A DNA stretch of 64,000 bases from an uncultured Nitrospirales bacterium (GTDB lineage: Bacteria > Hydrogenedentota > Hydrogenedentia > Hydrogenedentales > GCA-2746185), in the NCBI GenBank assembly GCA_964411925.1, contig CAYPNI010000002.1, positions 1,653-65,652 on the forward strand. The letters run 5' to 3'. The translations under genes were made by a program, and so were the position numbers. This document shows positions 50,451-59,251 of the stretch, in pieces (the first letter of the stretch is position 1; every line of letters starts with the position of its first letter). The notes under the pieces were generated by a model. The model did no database searches. It was not told where the DNA came from and saw nothing but the letters and a program-made list of their open reading frames with translations.

Positions 50451-51353
50451 ATGGGCCCGGAAATCGACAAGCACTGTGTGCGTATTGGACCCGCGGGTTG
50501 GTCGTATGACGACTGGAAGGGGATCGTGTACCCCGCGGACATGCCGCGCACGACGCATGCGCTGGAACTGTTGTCAGGGTGGTTCGATACGGTGGAGATC
50601 AACGTCACGTTTTACCGGCCCGTTGCCGCGCGGATGAGCGCGGGCTGGCTGAGCCGGGTATCGGGCAACGCGGACTTCCGGTTCACGGCCAAAGTCTGGC
50701 GGCGATTCACGCACGACGAGGCGGACGAAATCTCGGAACGCGAACTGAATGAATTTCGCCACGGGATCGACCCGCTGGCGGAATCGGGCCGGCTGGGTAC
50801 GTTGCTGTTGCAGTACCCGTGGTCGTTTCGGCGTACGCCGGAAAACCGGCGAAAAGTTGCCGCGATTACCACGGCCCTGAATGCGTATCCGCTGGCGGTG
50901 GAGGTGCGTCATGACTCGTGGCTGTGCGACGACTACCTGGACGGTTTGCGGGCGCAGGGGATAGCGTTTTGCAACATTGACCAGCCCGAGCACGACCACG
51001 GGATTGGCGCGACGGACTACACGACGGGCCCGCTGGGATACGTGCGGTTGCACGGGCGAAACCGCGCGGCGTGGTTCAACGCGAAGGCGCCGTCGTATGA
51101 GCGGTACAACTACCTTTACGGCGAGGCGGAGTTGCAGCCGTGGGTGGATCGCATTGCGTCGATCGGCGAGCGGGCCGAGGAGACGTATGTGGTGACGAAC
51201 AACCACTACCAGGGCAAAGCGGTGGCCAATGCGCTTGAGTTGATGGCCGCGCTGGGCCGCGGGCCGCGAGAACTGCCGGAGGATCTCCTGTCGGCGTATC
51301 CGCGGCTGCGCGGTGTGCTGGACAGTGCGCCGGCGAGCGGGCGGGGCACATGA
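50451..51353 (+). CDS. DUF72 (UPF0759) family protein
   Basis: IGPAGWSYDDWKGIVYP...YVVTNNHYQGKAVANA hallmark DUF72 motifs. Confidence 0.8.
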   Translation: MGPEIDKHCVRIGPAGWSYDDWKGIVYPADMPRTTHALELLSGWFDTVEINVTFYRPVAARMSAGWLSRVSGNADFRFTAKVWRRFTHDEADEISERELNEFRHGIDPLAESGRLGTLLLQYPWSFRRTPENRRKVAAITTALNAYPLAVEVRHDSWLCDDYLDGLRAQGIAFCNIDQPEHDHGIGATDYTTGPLGYVRLHGRNRAAWFNAKAPSYERYNYLYGEAELQPWVDRIASIGERAEETYVVTNNHYQGKAVANALELMAALGRGPRELPEDLLSAYPRLRGVLDSAPASGRGT

Positions 51354-52198
51354 GACAGCAGCGCGCAATCTGGTTCATCGCAGCGGCGTCGGTCGCGCTG
51401 GCGGTCGGTGCGTTTGGCCTGCGGGAGATCGTGAACGGCCGCTCGCTGTCTCCGCAAGCGAGCAGCCGGCAGGAACGCGACCGGCTGATCGATGAGATGT
51501 TGCGCGCGCTGGACCTGGATCCGCGCGTGCGGCAGGCTGACACGCAGCGGCTGGTCGCGCAGACCGCGGCCTACAGCGACGAACCGTCGTTGTCGACGGC
51601 GGAGACGCTGTATGCGCTCGGGCTGCGCAAGTACTACGGCGAGTTCGACACGGCGGGGGCGCGCGACGCCTTCGAACGCGCGACACGCGCGAAACCCTCC
51701 TGGGCGTGGCCGGTGAACGCGCTGGGGATCGTGGAATACGTGTCGGGCGAGCGCGACGCGGCGATGGCGAGGTTCGCGGAGGCCCTGCGGATGGCGCCGG
51801 GGTGGAGCCGGCCGCATGCGGACATGGCCATACTGCTGCGCCGCGCGGGGGACATGGGCGCGGCGTTGAGCCACGCGCAGGCGGCGCTGACCATCGAACC
51901 CGAGCACCCGATCAATCATTACAACTACGGGGTGATACTGGACGAGTTGGGGCGGCATGGGGAGGCGCGGTCGCAGTACCAGGAGGCGATCAAGATTTCG
52001 CCGGATCTTCCGCAGGCCCTGTACAACCTTGCGTGCAGCTTCGCGCGTGAGGGGGATGTGGACGGGGCCGTGGGGCCGCTGGCGCGGGCAATCGAGCTCG
52101 AGCCCGAGTTCCGGCTGGATGCGCAGACGGATCCCGACTTCGACGTCGTGCGCGCGACGGCGGCGTTCGAATCCGTGGTGGCGAAGGCGGCAGAGTAA
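51350..52198 (+). CDS. TPR-repeat protein with N-terminal membrane anchor/signal
   Basis: N-terminal hydrophobic IWFIAAASVALAVGAF. At least 5 TPR units (A...LG.....G....A...F..A). ATGA overlap with the DUF72 gene. Confidence 0.75.
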   Translation: MRQQRAIWFIAAASVALAVGAFGLREIVNGRSLSPQASSRQERDRLIDEMLRALDLDPRVRQADTQRLVAQTAAYSDEPSLSTAETLYALGLRKYYGEFDTAGARDAFERATRAKPSWAWPVNALGIVEYVSGERDAAMARFAEALRMAPGWSRPHADMAILLRRAGDMGAALSHAQAALTIEPEHPINHYNYGVILDELGRHGEARSQYQEAIKISPDLPQALYNLACSFAREGDVDGAVGPLARAIELEPEFRLDAQTDPDFDVVRATAAFESVVAKAAE

Positions 52199-52233
52199 CG
52201 CGGCGGCGGGATAAATTCAGGTCGAGAATCGCG

Positions 52234-54096
52234 ATGTACCTCCAACGAATAGCGCCTGCGCTGGCGATTGCGGCGCTCTGCGCGGGATTGATGTCGTGCA
52301 CCGGCCCGGGCACTGCGCGACGAGAGCCCGCGCGCGTCATTTGGATCGCCGTCGATTCGCTTCGAGCGGACCACGTCGGAGCGTATGGATACGACCGGCC
52401 GACGACACCGTGGCTGGATGAATTCGCGGCGCAGTCAGTACGGTTTGAGTGGGCGCTGACTCCGGCCAACCACACGCTTCGGTCGGTGGCAGGGTACTTC
52501 TCGGGTGTGCCCTACACGATGCTGCAGGAGAGCGCGGCGGAACACGGCCTGCCGGCGGAGACGGTAACGCTGGCCGAGGCGCTGAAGGGCGCGGGCCTGC
52601 GCACGCTGGCGTATACCTCCAACGCGGTGCTGGGAAATGTGCAGGGGTTCAAGCAGGGATTCGACGAGTATCACTTCGTCGCCGAGCCGGGGCAGTTGAA
52701 GGCTTCGCTCGACGAGATGACTTCGGCCATCCGGCGTGACTATCGCCGATCGAGCGGGCGGGAGTTCATCTACGTGCATACGATGGACGTGCACTATCCG
52801 TACCGTCCGCCGGCGCCGTACGGCGCGATGTTCGCGACGGAACCGTACGCCGGGCGCGCTGTAGTCGAGGGTATGCCGGTCTGCGACGAGGACCGGACAC
52901 CGGCCACAAGTTCGCTGCCGTATTGGGACCCGAAAGGCTGGGTGGACGACGCGGCCGTTCGCTATCTGACGGAGCTGTACGACGGGGCGATTCGCTACAC
53001 GGACTCTCGCCTGGAAGCGCTACTGGAGGCGCTCGAGTGGGATCCCGAAACCGATGTGGTGATTATCTCGGCCGATCACGGGGACCAACTGTACGAGAAA
53101 AAGTGGTTCAGCCACTTTGAGACGCTGACGCCGATGGAGATTCGCGTGCCGCTGATCGTGAACTACGCCGGGTTCGACGCACGGACCGTCAAGGCGTGCG
53201 CGAGTTTGCTGGACTTGTATCCGACGCTGCTCGAACTCTTCGGCGCGGAGATGACGGAACGCACGTTGGGCAAGAGCCTGGTGGAGACGTTGCGCGGCGG
53301 TGCGGAACCGGGACCGCGGCTCATCTATTCGGAAAATGCGCCCAAGGCCGGGTTGAGCGTAGCGGCGGTATCGGACGAGTACTGGTACTGGATGCGGCTA
53401 AACCGGACGCAGCATGAGCCGTGGGAGATTTGGCCGTATGAGGAGTATCTGTTCCGGTACCGGGAGGATTCGGGCTTCGGACGAAATCTCATCAACGAGG
53501 AAGCACAGGTGGCGGAGGAGATCAACGCCCGGCTTCGCGAACTGAATCCGCGTTGGGCGGCGTACTCGCGCGAGCGGATCCGTGAGCCGATCGATGGCGT
53601 TCATCTGGGCGAGAACTTGTTTCAGGGCCCGATGAGTTCCCTGTCCGAAGGTGTGCCGGTGTTCACGGCAGACGGGGACGGGTGGACGGCGGAAACCGCC
53701 GTGGCGGGATTGCGGGGACGGGCGACGGGGATCGAGCCGGGCGGGCGATACCTGTTGCGGGTACCGTATACGTTGGAGTCCGGCCGAATCCGGGTTGCGC
53801 TGAGCCCGGCGGAGTTCAAGCGGCCGGGATTGGGGCGCGTGGACTACGTGTGGCGCCACGAACTCGTAACTTCTTCGAGCGAGGCATCGTTATTGTCGGT
53901 GGTGGTGGTGCCCGCGGGCGAGGCGGTAGATCTGCGCGTGGTGTTCGACCCGGGCACGATTGCGACGTTGGGTGAGCCGGAGTTGCGACGGATTGACGAG
54001 AACTGGGTGGAGCCGTGGCCGGCGCCGGCGGACAAATGGCAAGACCGGGACGATGCCGAGGAACTGGAGCGGCTCAGGGCACTGGGATACGTCTGA
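52234..54096 (+). CDS. Sulfatase-like (alkaline-phosphatase superfamily) lipoprotein with Asn at the formylglycine position
   Basis: Lipobox GLMSCTG. VIWIAVDSLRADHVGAYGY...TPANHTLRSVAG aligns to the sulfatase C/S-x-P-x-R box, but reads N-H-T-L-R. Confidence 0.7.
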   Translation: MYLQRIAPALAIAALCAGLMSCTGPGTARREPARVIWIAVDSLRADHVGAYGYDRPTTPWLDEFAAQSVRFEWALTPANHTLRSVAGYFSGVPYTMLQESAAEHGLPAETVTLAEALKGAGLRTLAYTSNAVLGNVQGFKQGFDEYHFVAEPGQLKASLDEMTSAIRRDYRRSSGREFIYVHTMDVHYPYRPPAPYGAMFATEPYAGRAVVEGMPVCDEDRTPATSSLPYWDPKGWVDDAAVRYLTELYDGAIRYTDSRLEALLEALEWDPETDVVIISADHGDQLYEKKWFSHFETLTPMEIRVPLIVNYAGFDARTVKACASLLDLYPTLLELFGAEMTERTLGKSLVETLRGGAEPGPRLIYSENAPKAGLSVAAVSDEYWYWMRLNRTQHEPWEIWPYEEYLFRYREDSGFGRNLINEEAQVAEEINARLRELNPRWAAYSRERIREPIDGVHLGENLFQGPMSSLSEGVPVFTADGDGWTAETAVAGLRGRATGIEPGGRYLLRVPYTLESGRIRVALSPAEFKRPGLGRVDYVWRHELVTSSSEASLLSVVVVPAGEAVDLRVVFDPGTIATLGEPELRRIDENWVEPWPAPADKWQDRDDAEELERLRALGYV

Positions 54097-54100
54097 TGGG

Positions 54101-56056
54101 ATGGGCCGTCAGGAACGTCGAGGCGTCTCGGCGGCACGCGATCGCCAACCTCGCGCCTTCGTTGGGCTGACGGGGACGGACCCAGGCAATCGGAGCACTT
54201 ACTTGTCCCCGGCTGATACGAATACCCCGTCCGAAGCGGTTGCGGACCGTGGCGCGATTGGGCCGCGTCAGTTCCCGCCGCTGGCGATTGCGGTGTTGAT
54301 CTCATTGCTCACCGCGGCGCTCTTTAGCCGGGCGCTGACCTGCGACTTCGTGGACTTCGATGACGATCTCTACGTGACAGGGAACGCGCGGGTTCAGGAG
54401 GGGCTCACGCCGGAGACGTTCGCGTGGGTCTGGTCGGCAACTGTCGGGGTGCAGTGGTACCCACTGACGTTGATGTCGCATCTGTTCGACGTGTCACTGT
54501 TCGGTTTGGATCCCGCCGGCCATCACGCGACGAGCGTTGCCTTGCACGCACTGAACGCGGGGCTGCTTTTCATGGCGTTGCGCGCGCTGACGGGCCACGC
54601 CTGGCCAAGCGCGATTGTCGCCGCGCTGTTCGCGGTACACCCGTTGCGTGTCGAATCCGTCGCATGGATCGCCGAGCGCAAGGATGTGCTGAGCGGCCTG
54701 TTCTGGATGCTGGGGCTCTGGGCCTACGCCGGGTATGGCCGGGCGCCGCGGGTGGGCGGTTATTTGCTGGTGCTGCTGGTGTTTGCCTGCGGGCTGATGT
54801 CCAAGCCGATGGTGGTCACGTTTCCGTGCGTGTTGTTGCTCCTGGACTATTGGCCGCTCCAGCGGATGACGGTCGGGCCAGGGCAGCGGATACGGCGCGT
54901 GGGTTTCCTGGTGGCCGAGAAGTTACCTCTTTTCGCATTGGCGGCCGCGGCAGGCGTGGCTACCGTGCTCACGCAGTCGGCGGGCGGTGCGATGGCCTCC
55001 TGGGATGCGTCGCCGCTGTGGACGCGAATTCTGAATGCGCTTGGTGCGTATGCGGTGTACGTTTGGCAGACGGTTTGGCCGGCGAACTTGGCGGTGACGT
55101 ATCCGATGCCGCCGGCGGGATTGCTCGAGACGCGGGCGCTGGCCGGCCTGCTGTTGATCGCGGGGTGTTCGGGGCTGGCTTGGTACGCGAGGGCGGCTCG
55201 ACCGTACCTGTTGGTCGGCGGCCTTTGGTATCTCGGAACGCTCGTACCCGTCATTGGGCTCGTGCAGGTGGGGGCGCAGTCGCACGCGGACCGGTACACG
55301 TATCTGCCCCAGATCGGTCTGTTCGTCGCGCTCGTGTGGCTCGCGCGCGACATCTCATCGCGCAAGCCGGCCCTGCAACGCCTGGCGGCAGGCACGGCGG
55401 GCGTAGTTATGGTTGCATATGGTGCAATCACCGCGATTCAGATTGGGTCGTGGGAAACGAGCGAGACCTTGTTTGCCCGTGCGCTGGCGGTAACGACGGA
55501 AAACGCGCGGGCGGAAAATGGGTATGGACGTGCCTTGCTCGATTCGGGGCACGCTGCGGAATCCGTCCCGTACATGAGCGAAGCGACGCGCATCGAGCCG
55601 GGTTTTGTGTACGGCTGGCGGGATCTCGCGCGGGCTCAGCTGGAGGCCGGGGACGCCGCAGCAGCGCTGGAGACGGCGGACGCCTCGCTGATCCGGTTCC
55701 CTGAAAATGCGGGTCTACTGTCCGTATCTGGGCGGGCCGCGTTGAGCCTCGGCTTCCCGGACCATGCCGTGGGGCGTTTCGAACAATTCGTGGCGCTCGA
55801 ACCGGAGAGCGTGGCGGGTTGGGTAAACCTCGGCATCGGCTATGGGCAGCTGGGGAAATGGGAAGCCGCCCGTCGCAGCCTCGACCGGGCTGTCTCACTG
55901 GATCGAAGCAACGTCGACGCCCTGTACAATCTGGGAGCTTTGCACTTGGCGGTTGGCGAACGGGAACCGGCGCGCGAACGGTTCAGGGAGGTCTTGCGGC
56001 TGAACCCCGAATACGTTGCCGCCCGAGAACAGTTGGCCGCGCTTGAAGATGGGTAG
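54101..56056 (+). CDS. TMTC-like membrane protein: N-terminal polytopic DUF1736/PMT-like domain plus C-terminal TPR repeats
   Basis: About 10 TM helices with DFDDDLYV and HATSVALHALN motifs. C-terminal TPR units (GWRDLARAQLEAGDAAAA..., WVNLGIGYGQLGKWEAA..., LYNLGALHLAVGEREPA...). The start is uncertain. Confidence 0.65.
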   Translation: MGRQERRGVSAARDRQPRAFVGLTGTDPGNRSTYLSPADTNTPSEAVADRGAIGPRQFPPLAIAVLISLLTAALFSRALTCDFVDFDDDLYVTGNARVQEGLTPETFAWVWSATVGVQWYPLTLMSHLFDVSLFGLDPAGHHATSVALHALNAGLLFMALRALTGHAWPSAIVAALFAVHPLRVESVAWIAERKDVLSGLFWMLGLWAYAGYGRAPRVGGYLLVLLVFACGLMSKPMVVTFPCVLLLLDYWPLQRMTVGPGQRIRRVGFLVAEKLPLFALAAAAGVATVLTQSAGGAMASWDASPLWTRILNALGAYAVYVWQTVWPANLAVTYPMPPAGLLETRALAGLLLIAGCSGLAWYARAARPYLLVGGLWYLGTLVPVIGLVQVGAQSHADRYTYLPQIGLFVALVWLARDISSRKPALQRLAAGTAGVVMVAYGAITAIQIGSWETSETLFARALAVTTENARAENGYGRALLDSGHAAESVPYMSEATRIEPGFVYGWRDLARAQLEAGDAAAALETADASLIRFPENAGLLSVSGRAALSLGFPDHAVGRFEQFVALEPESVAGWVNLGIGYGQLGKWEAARRSLDRAVSLDRSNVDALYNLGALHLAVGEREPARERFREVLRLNPEYVAAREQLAALEDG

Positions 56057-56122
56057 TCCGGGGAAAGTGAGCGCTGCAAATCTTGTCCAAAATCGACCCA
56101 GATGACGATGGAGTGTCTTTCG

Positions 56123-56761
56123 ATGCGCGATAGAGTTTCAATTTGCTACGTGTTGGTCCTCTTCGGGTTCGCCCTGATCGGCTGCGAGGCTCCGCTCGAT
56201 TACGCCGATAGCGGGGAGTCGAAATCGGCGGATGGGCGGACGGCAGATGGGTCCGCATTGCCGGATGAGTCGACATTGAAGGCGTGGGCACAAGAGTTGG
56301 GCGAATCAGAACTGCGAAAACTTGCGGCGGCGGAAATGATTTACCGGAACGCCGTATTCGAACACCTTCTCGAGGGGGATTTGAGCGTCAGCTGCACGTA
56401 CATGAAACTTTACCGGCAGTTCCGCGAATTCGAAGTCGTGGACATTGCTCGATCGGAGTCGATTCTTCGTCCTGTCCGGTATACGATACGCTACGACTAC
56501 GATTTGCTTGGAACGAGCACAGAGCATCAATCGCGGGTTAGGGACTTGAGCCTGGCACGCGAGGCGGCGTCGGATATGTATTTCAGCAAGATTACGGAAG
56601 ATAGTCTGACCCGTACTTACGATTCCGACGGTATCGGCCGCCCGGTCAACAATTACCCACCGCAGCTGGAAAGGCCGAATTATTGGCAGTATCAGACCCG
56701 AGTCGAGTTTTTCGGCCATCGCTGGTCACTGGCAGATGTGAGCCAGTTCGCCGTCCAATAG
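56123..56761 (+). CDS. Hypothetical lipoprotein in a low-GC islet
   Basis: Signal plus lipobox FALIGCEAP. No recognisable domain. GC visibly lower than the surroundings. Confidence 0.5.
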   Translation: MRDRVSICYVLVLFGFALIGCEAPLDYADSGESKSADGRTADGSALPDESTLKAWAQELGESELRKLAAAEMIYRNAVFEHLLEGDLSVSCTYMKLYRQFREFEVVDIARSESILRPVRYTIRYDYDLLGTSTEHQSRVRDLSLAREAASDMYFSKITEDSLTRTYDSDGIGRPVNNYPPQLERPNYWQYQTRVEFFGHRWSLADVSQFAVQ

Positions 56762-56772
56762 CGTCCCCGGAA

Positions 56773-56801
56773 CTTGACAGGTCACGTACCGTATGCTACG
56801 C
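56773..56801 (+). promoter_or_regulatory. Putative sigma70-type promoter (perfect TTGACA -35, 17-nt spacer, TACGCT) ahead of the small secreted protein gene
   Basis: The -35 hexamer is a perfect match to consensus; the -10 matches 3 of 6 positions. Confidence 0.25.
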
Positions 56802-57027
56802 TTCGCTAAATTGATCGGTTGGGCCTTGTCGGGTTGACAGGGATTGCTTGGGGAGGAGTGATCGCCACATTTCACCATCACCACACGCTGGAACGGAATT
56901 ATCCTTTTACGGGGTAGAGAGTCGGGGCGTTCGCGGGGCTTGGTGACGGAAAATCAGGGCGGTTTCTTCTTCATAGGGCGAAATCAGCCGAATCAAGACC
57001 CTATCGAGGGAGGAGGTGAAAGAATCT

Positions 57028-57468
57028 ATGAAGAAGATCGCAATCTTCGCGGCCGTGATGGTAGTTGGCGCGGGCGTCGCTCTCGCGAGCACGCTTAACG
57101 TTCCGTTCTTCCTCGACAACCAGTCCAACAACGCGGGCTCGACCGGCGTTGTGGGTCGTATCGGCGTCAAGGAAGGCAGCGGTTCGGACCAGACGATTAC
57201 CGTCATCTACACCGCGTTGAGCTCGAGCGGCACGCCGACGGACCAGACGGTCACGTTCGTACTGGGCGCGAACCAGCAGGTTCGCTGGAACCCGGTGCAG
57301 AGCAACTCGGCGGAGGCCAGCGGTGCGGGTTCGGCAGTGCCGAACATGAGCATCGCCGGTCGTACGGCGGGTAGCGCGAAAGTCATCGGTACGTCGATCT
57401 CCGGTAACTACTCGGAAATCGACTTGTCGCGTAGCTCGACGTCGATGCACGTGCTCCTTCCGCTCTAA
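57028..57468 (+). CDS. Small (146 aa) secreted Ser/Thr/Gly-rich beta-type protein
   Basis: Signal peptide MKKIAIFAAVMVVGAGVALA. GGAGGAGG SD 8 nt upstream. Followed by a canonical intrinsic terminator. Confidence 0.65.
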   Translation: MKKIAIFAAVMVVGAGVALASTLNVPFFLDNQSNNAGSTGVVGRIGVKEGSGSDQTITVIYTALSSSGTPTDQTVTFVLGANQQVRWNPVQSNSAEASGAGSAVPNMSIAGRTAGSAKVIGTSISGNYSEIDLSRSSTSMHVLLPL

Positions 57469-57519
57469 TCGAGACATCACATTCGCTGGTTAGCGAGCGA
57501 GCCTGGAAAAAGTTTTTAA

Positions 57520-57557
57520 GGCGGGTATGTCGTGAGACATGCCCGCCTAGTTTTTTT
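57520..57557 (+). terminator. Rho-independent terminator (12-bp stem ggcgggtatgtc/gacatgcccgcc with one G-U pair, gtga loop, then tagTTTTTTT)
   Basis: Inverted repeat followed by a 7-T run, 52 nt after the stop of the small secreted protein gene. Confidence 0.7.
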
Positions 57558-57602
57558 GTCGGCGGGGATTCGGCGTCAGGGGGACTGGCCCGGGCTATCG
57601 AA

Positions 57603-59210
57603 TCAGGCGGGTTTGCGGGTGACCACGGACGGGATGATTCGCGTGCGCAACAGCAAGAACTCGATGCTGTCGATGAGGGCTTCATAGGACGCAGCAATGA
57701 TGTTCTCGGAGACGCCGACGGTGTACCAGGCGTCCCTGGCGTCGCCGGACTCGATCAAGACCCGGGTTTTGGCGCGCGTGCCCGATCGGCTGTCCAGGAT
57801 GCGGACCTTGTAATCCTCGAGTTTGAGATCCGAAATCTCCGGATACGTTTCCAATAGGGCCTTGCGCAAGGCCTTGTCCAATGCGTCTACCGGGCCCTCG
57901 CCCTCGGCAGCCGTATGCATCCTCTGACCGCTCGGCAGGATGAGTTTGATGGTCGCCTCCGAGACGTTTTCGCCGTTGTGTATGCGGCCCGAAACGCTGG
58001 TGTGGAACCCGTCCACGGTGAAGAACGGCTGGTGCATTCCCAGCGTCCGGCGAATCAGCAACTCGAGTGAGGCGTCCGCGCCTTCGTATTCGTAGCCTTC
58101 GCTCTCGAGGTTCTTGATGTGGTCGAGGATTCGGCGGGTGACCGGGGCGTGACGGTCGAGCTCGATGCCGAACTCTTTGGCCTTCTCGAGCACGCTGGAG
58201 CGACCCGCGACTTCGCTGACGGGGATGTGCGTCCGGTTGCCCACGAGGACGGGGTCGATGTGTTCGTAGCTCGACTTGACCTTGCGCACGGCGTCCGCGT
58301 GCATGCCGCCCTTGTGCGTGAATGCGTCCCGGCCGACGAACGGATCGGAGTCGCGCGGAACCATGTTGGCCAGTTCGGCGACGAGGTGGCTCAGAGACGT
58401 GAGGCCGGCGAGTTGAGCCGGGGCAATGACCTCGCATCCCATCTTGAGCTGAAGGATGGGCACGATCGAGCACAAGTTGGCGTTGCCCGTTCGCTCGCCG
58501 TAGCCATTGATGGTTCCCTGTACCTGTACGGCGCCTTCGCGGACGGCGCGAACGCTGTTGGCGACGCCGCAGCCGCAGTCGTTGTGGGCGTGGATGCCCA
58601 GGGGAGTATCGGGCACGGCAGCGCGGACGCGGTGCATGGCGCCGGCGATCTCCTCGGGCAAGCGGCCGCCGTTGGTGTCGCAGAGAATGAGGATCTCCGC
58701 ACCGGCGCTGCGCGCCCGCTGAAGGACGGCGAGCGCATAGTCGGCGTCCTCGGCGAACCCGTCGAAGAAATGCTCGGCGTCGAAAAAGACGCGCCGGCCG
58801 TTCGACTTGAGATACTCAACTGAGTCTGCTATCAGGGCCAGATTCTCGTCCAGCGTGACCCGCAAGACTTCTCGCGCCTGGGTGGGGGAAGACTTGGCGA
58901 AAATGGTGACCACGTCGGTGCGCGCGCTGAGAAGCGCCGCGAGATTGCCATCGTCTTCCGGGGCGACGCTGGGGTGGCGCGTGCTTCCGAAGGCCGCCAT
59001 TTTCGAAGTTTTGAGGCCGAGGTCGCGCGCGCGTTCGAAGAGTTCGACGGCCTTGGGGTTCGAGCCAGGCTGGCCTCCTTCGATGTAGGCGGCGCCGAAC
59101 GCGTCGAGCGCCTTGACGACGCGGAGCTGGTCCTCGGGCGAGAACTTGATTCCGGGGCCCTGGGCGCCATCGCGAAGCGTGACGTCGTAGATGTCGACTT
59201 TTTGGGCCAC
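57603..59210 (-). CDS. cimA: (R)-citramalate synthase (LeuA-family, long form)
   Basis: IYDVTLRDGAQGPGIKFS...YIEGGQPGSNPK...HAHNDCGCGVAN... plus a C-terminal LeuA-dimer-like regulatory domain, 535 aa. Confidence 0.8.
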   Translation of the reverse strand: MAQKVDIYDVTLRDGAQGPGIKFSPEDQLRVVKALDAFGAAYIEGGQPGSNPKAVELFERARDLGLKTSKMAAFGSTRHPSVAPEDDGNLAALLSARTDVVTIFAKSSPTQAREVLRVTLDENLALIADSVEYLKSNGRRVFFDAEHFFDGFAEDADYALAVLQRARSAGAEILILCDTNGGRLPEEIAGAMHRVRAAVPDTPLGIHAHNDCGCGVANSVRAVREGAVQVQGTINGYGERTGNANLCSIVPILQLKMGCEVIAPAQLAGLTSLSHLVAELANMVPRDSDPFVGRDAFTHKGGMHADAVRKVKSSYEHIDPVLVGNRTHIPVSEVAGRSSVLEKAKEFGIELDRHAPVTRRILDHIKNLESEGYEYEGADASLELLIRRTLGMHQPFFTVDGFHTSVSGRIHNGENVSEATIKLILPSGQRMHTAAEGEGPVDALDKALRKALLETYPEISDLKLEDYKVRILDSRSGTRAKTRVLIESGDARDAWYTVGVSENIIAASYEALIDSIEFLLLRTRIIPSVVTRKPA

Positions 59211-59251
59211 GGCGGTCTATAAGCCTCGGGAATGGGCGTAAAAACGGGGCA

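Noticed and set aside
56835-56870. Second TTGACA hexamer in the 56762-57027 intergenic region, as an independent promoter
   Set aside because: No acceptable -10 element at 16-19 nt spacing. Only the upstream TTGACA (56773) has a plausible partner.
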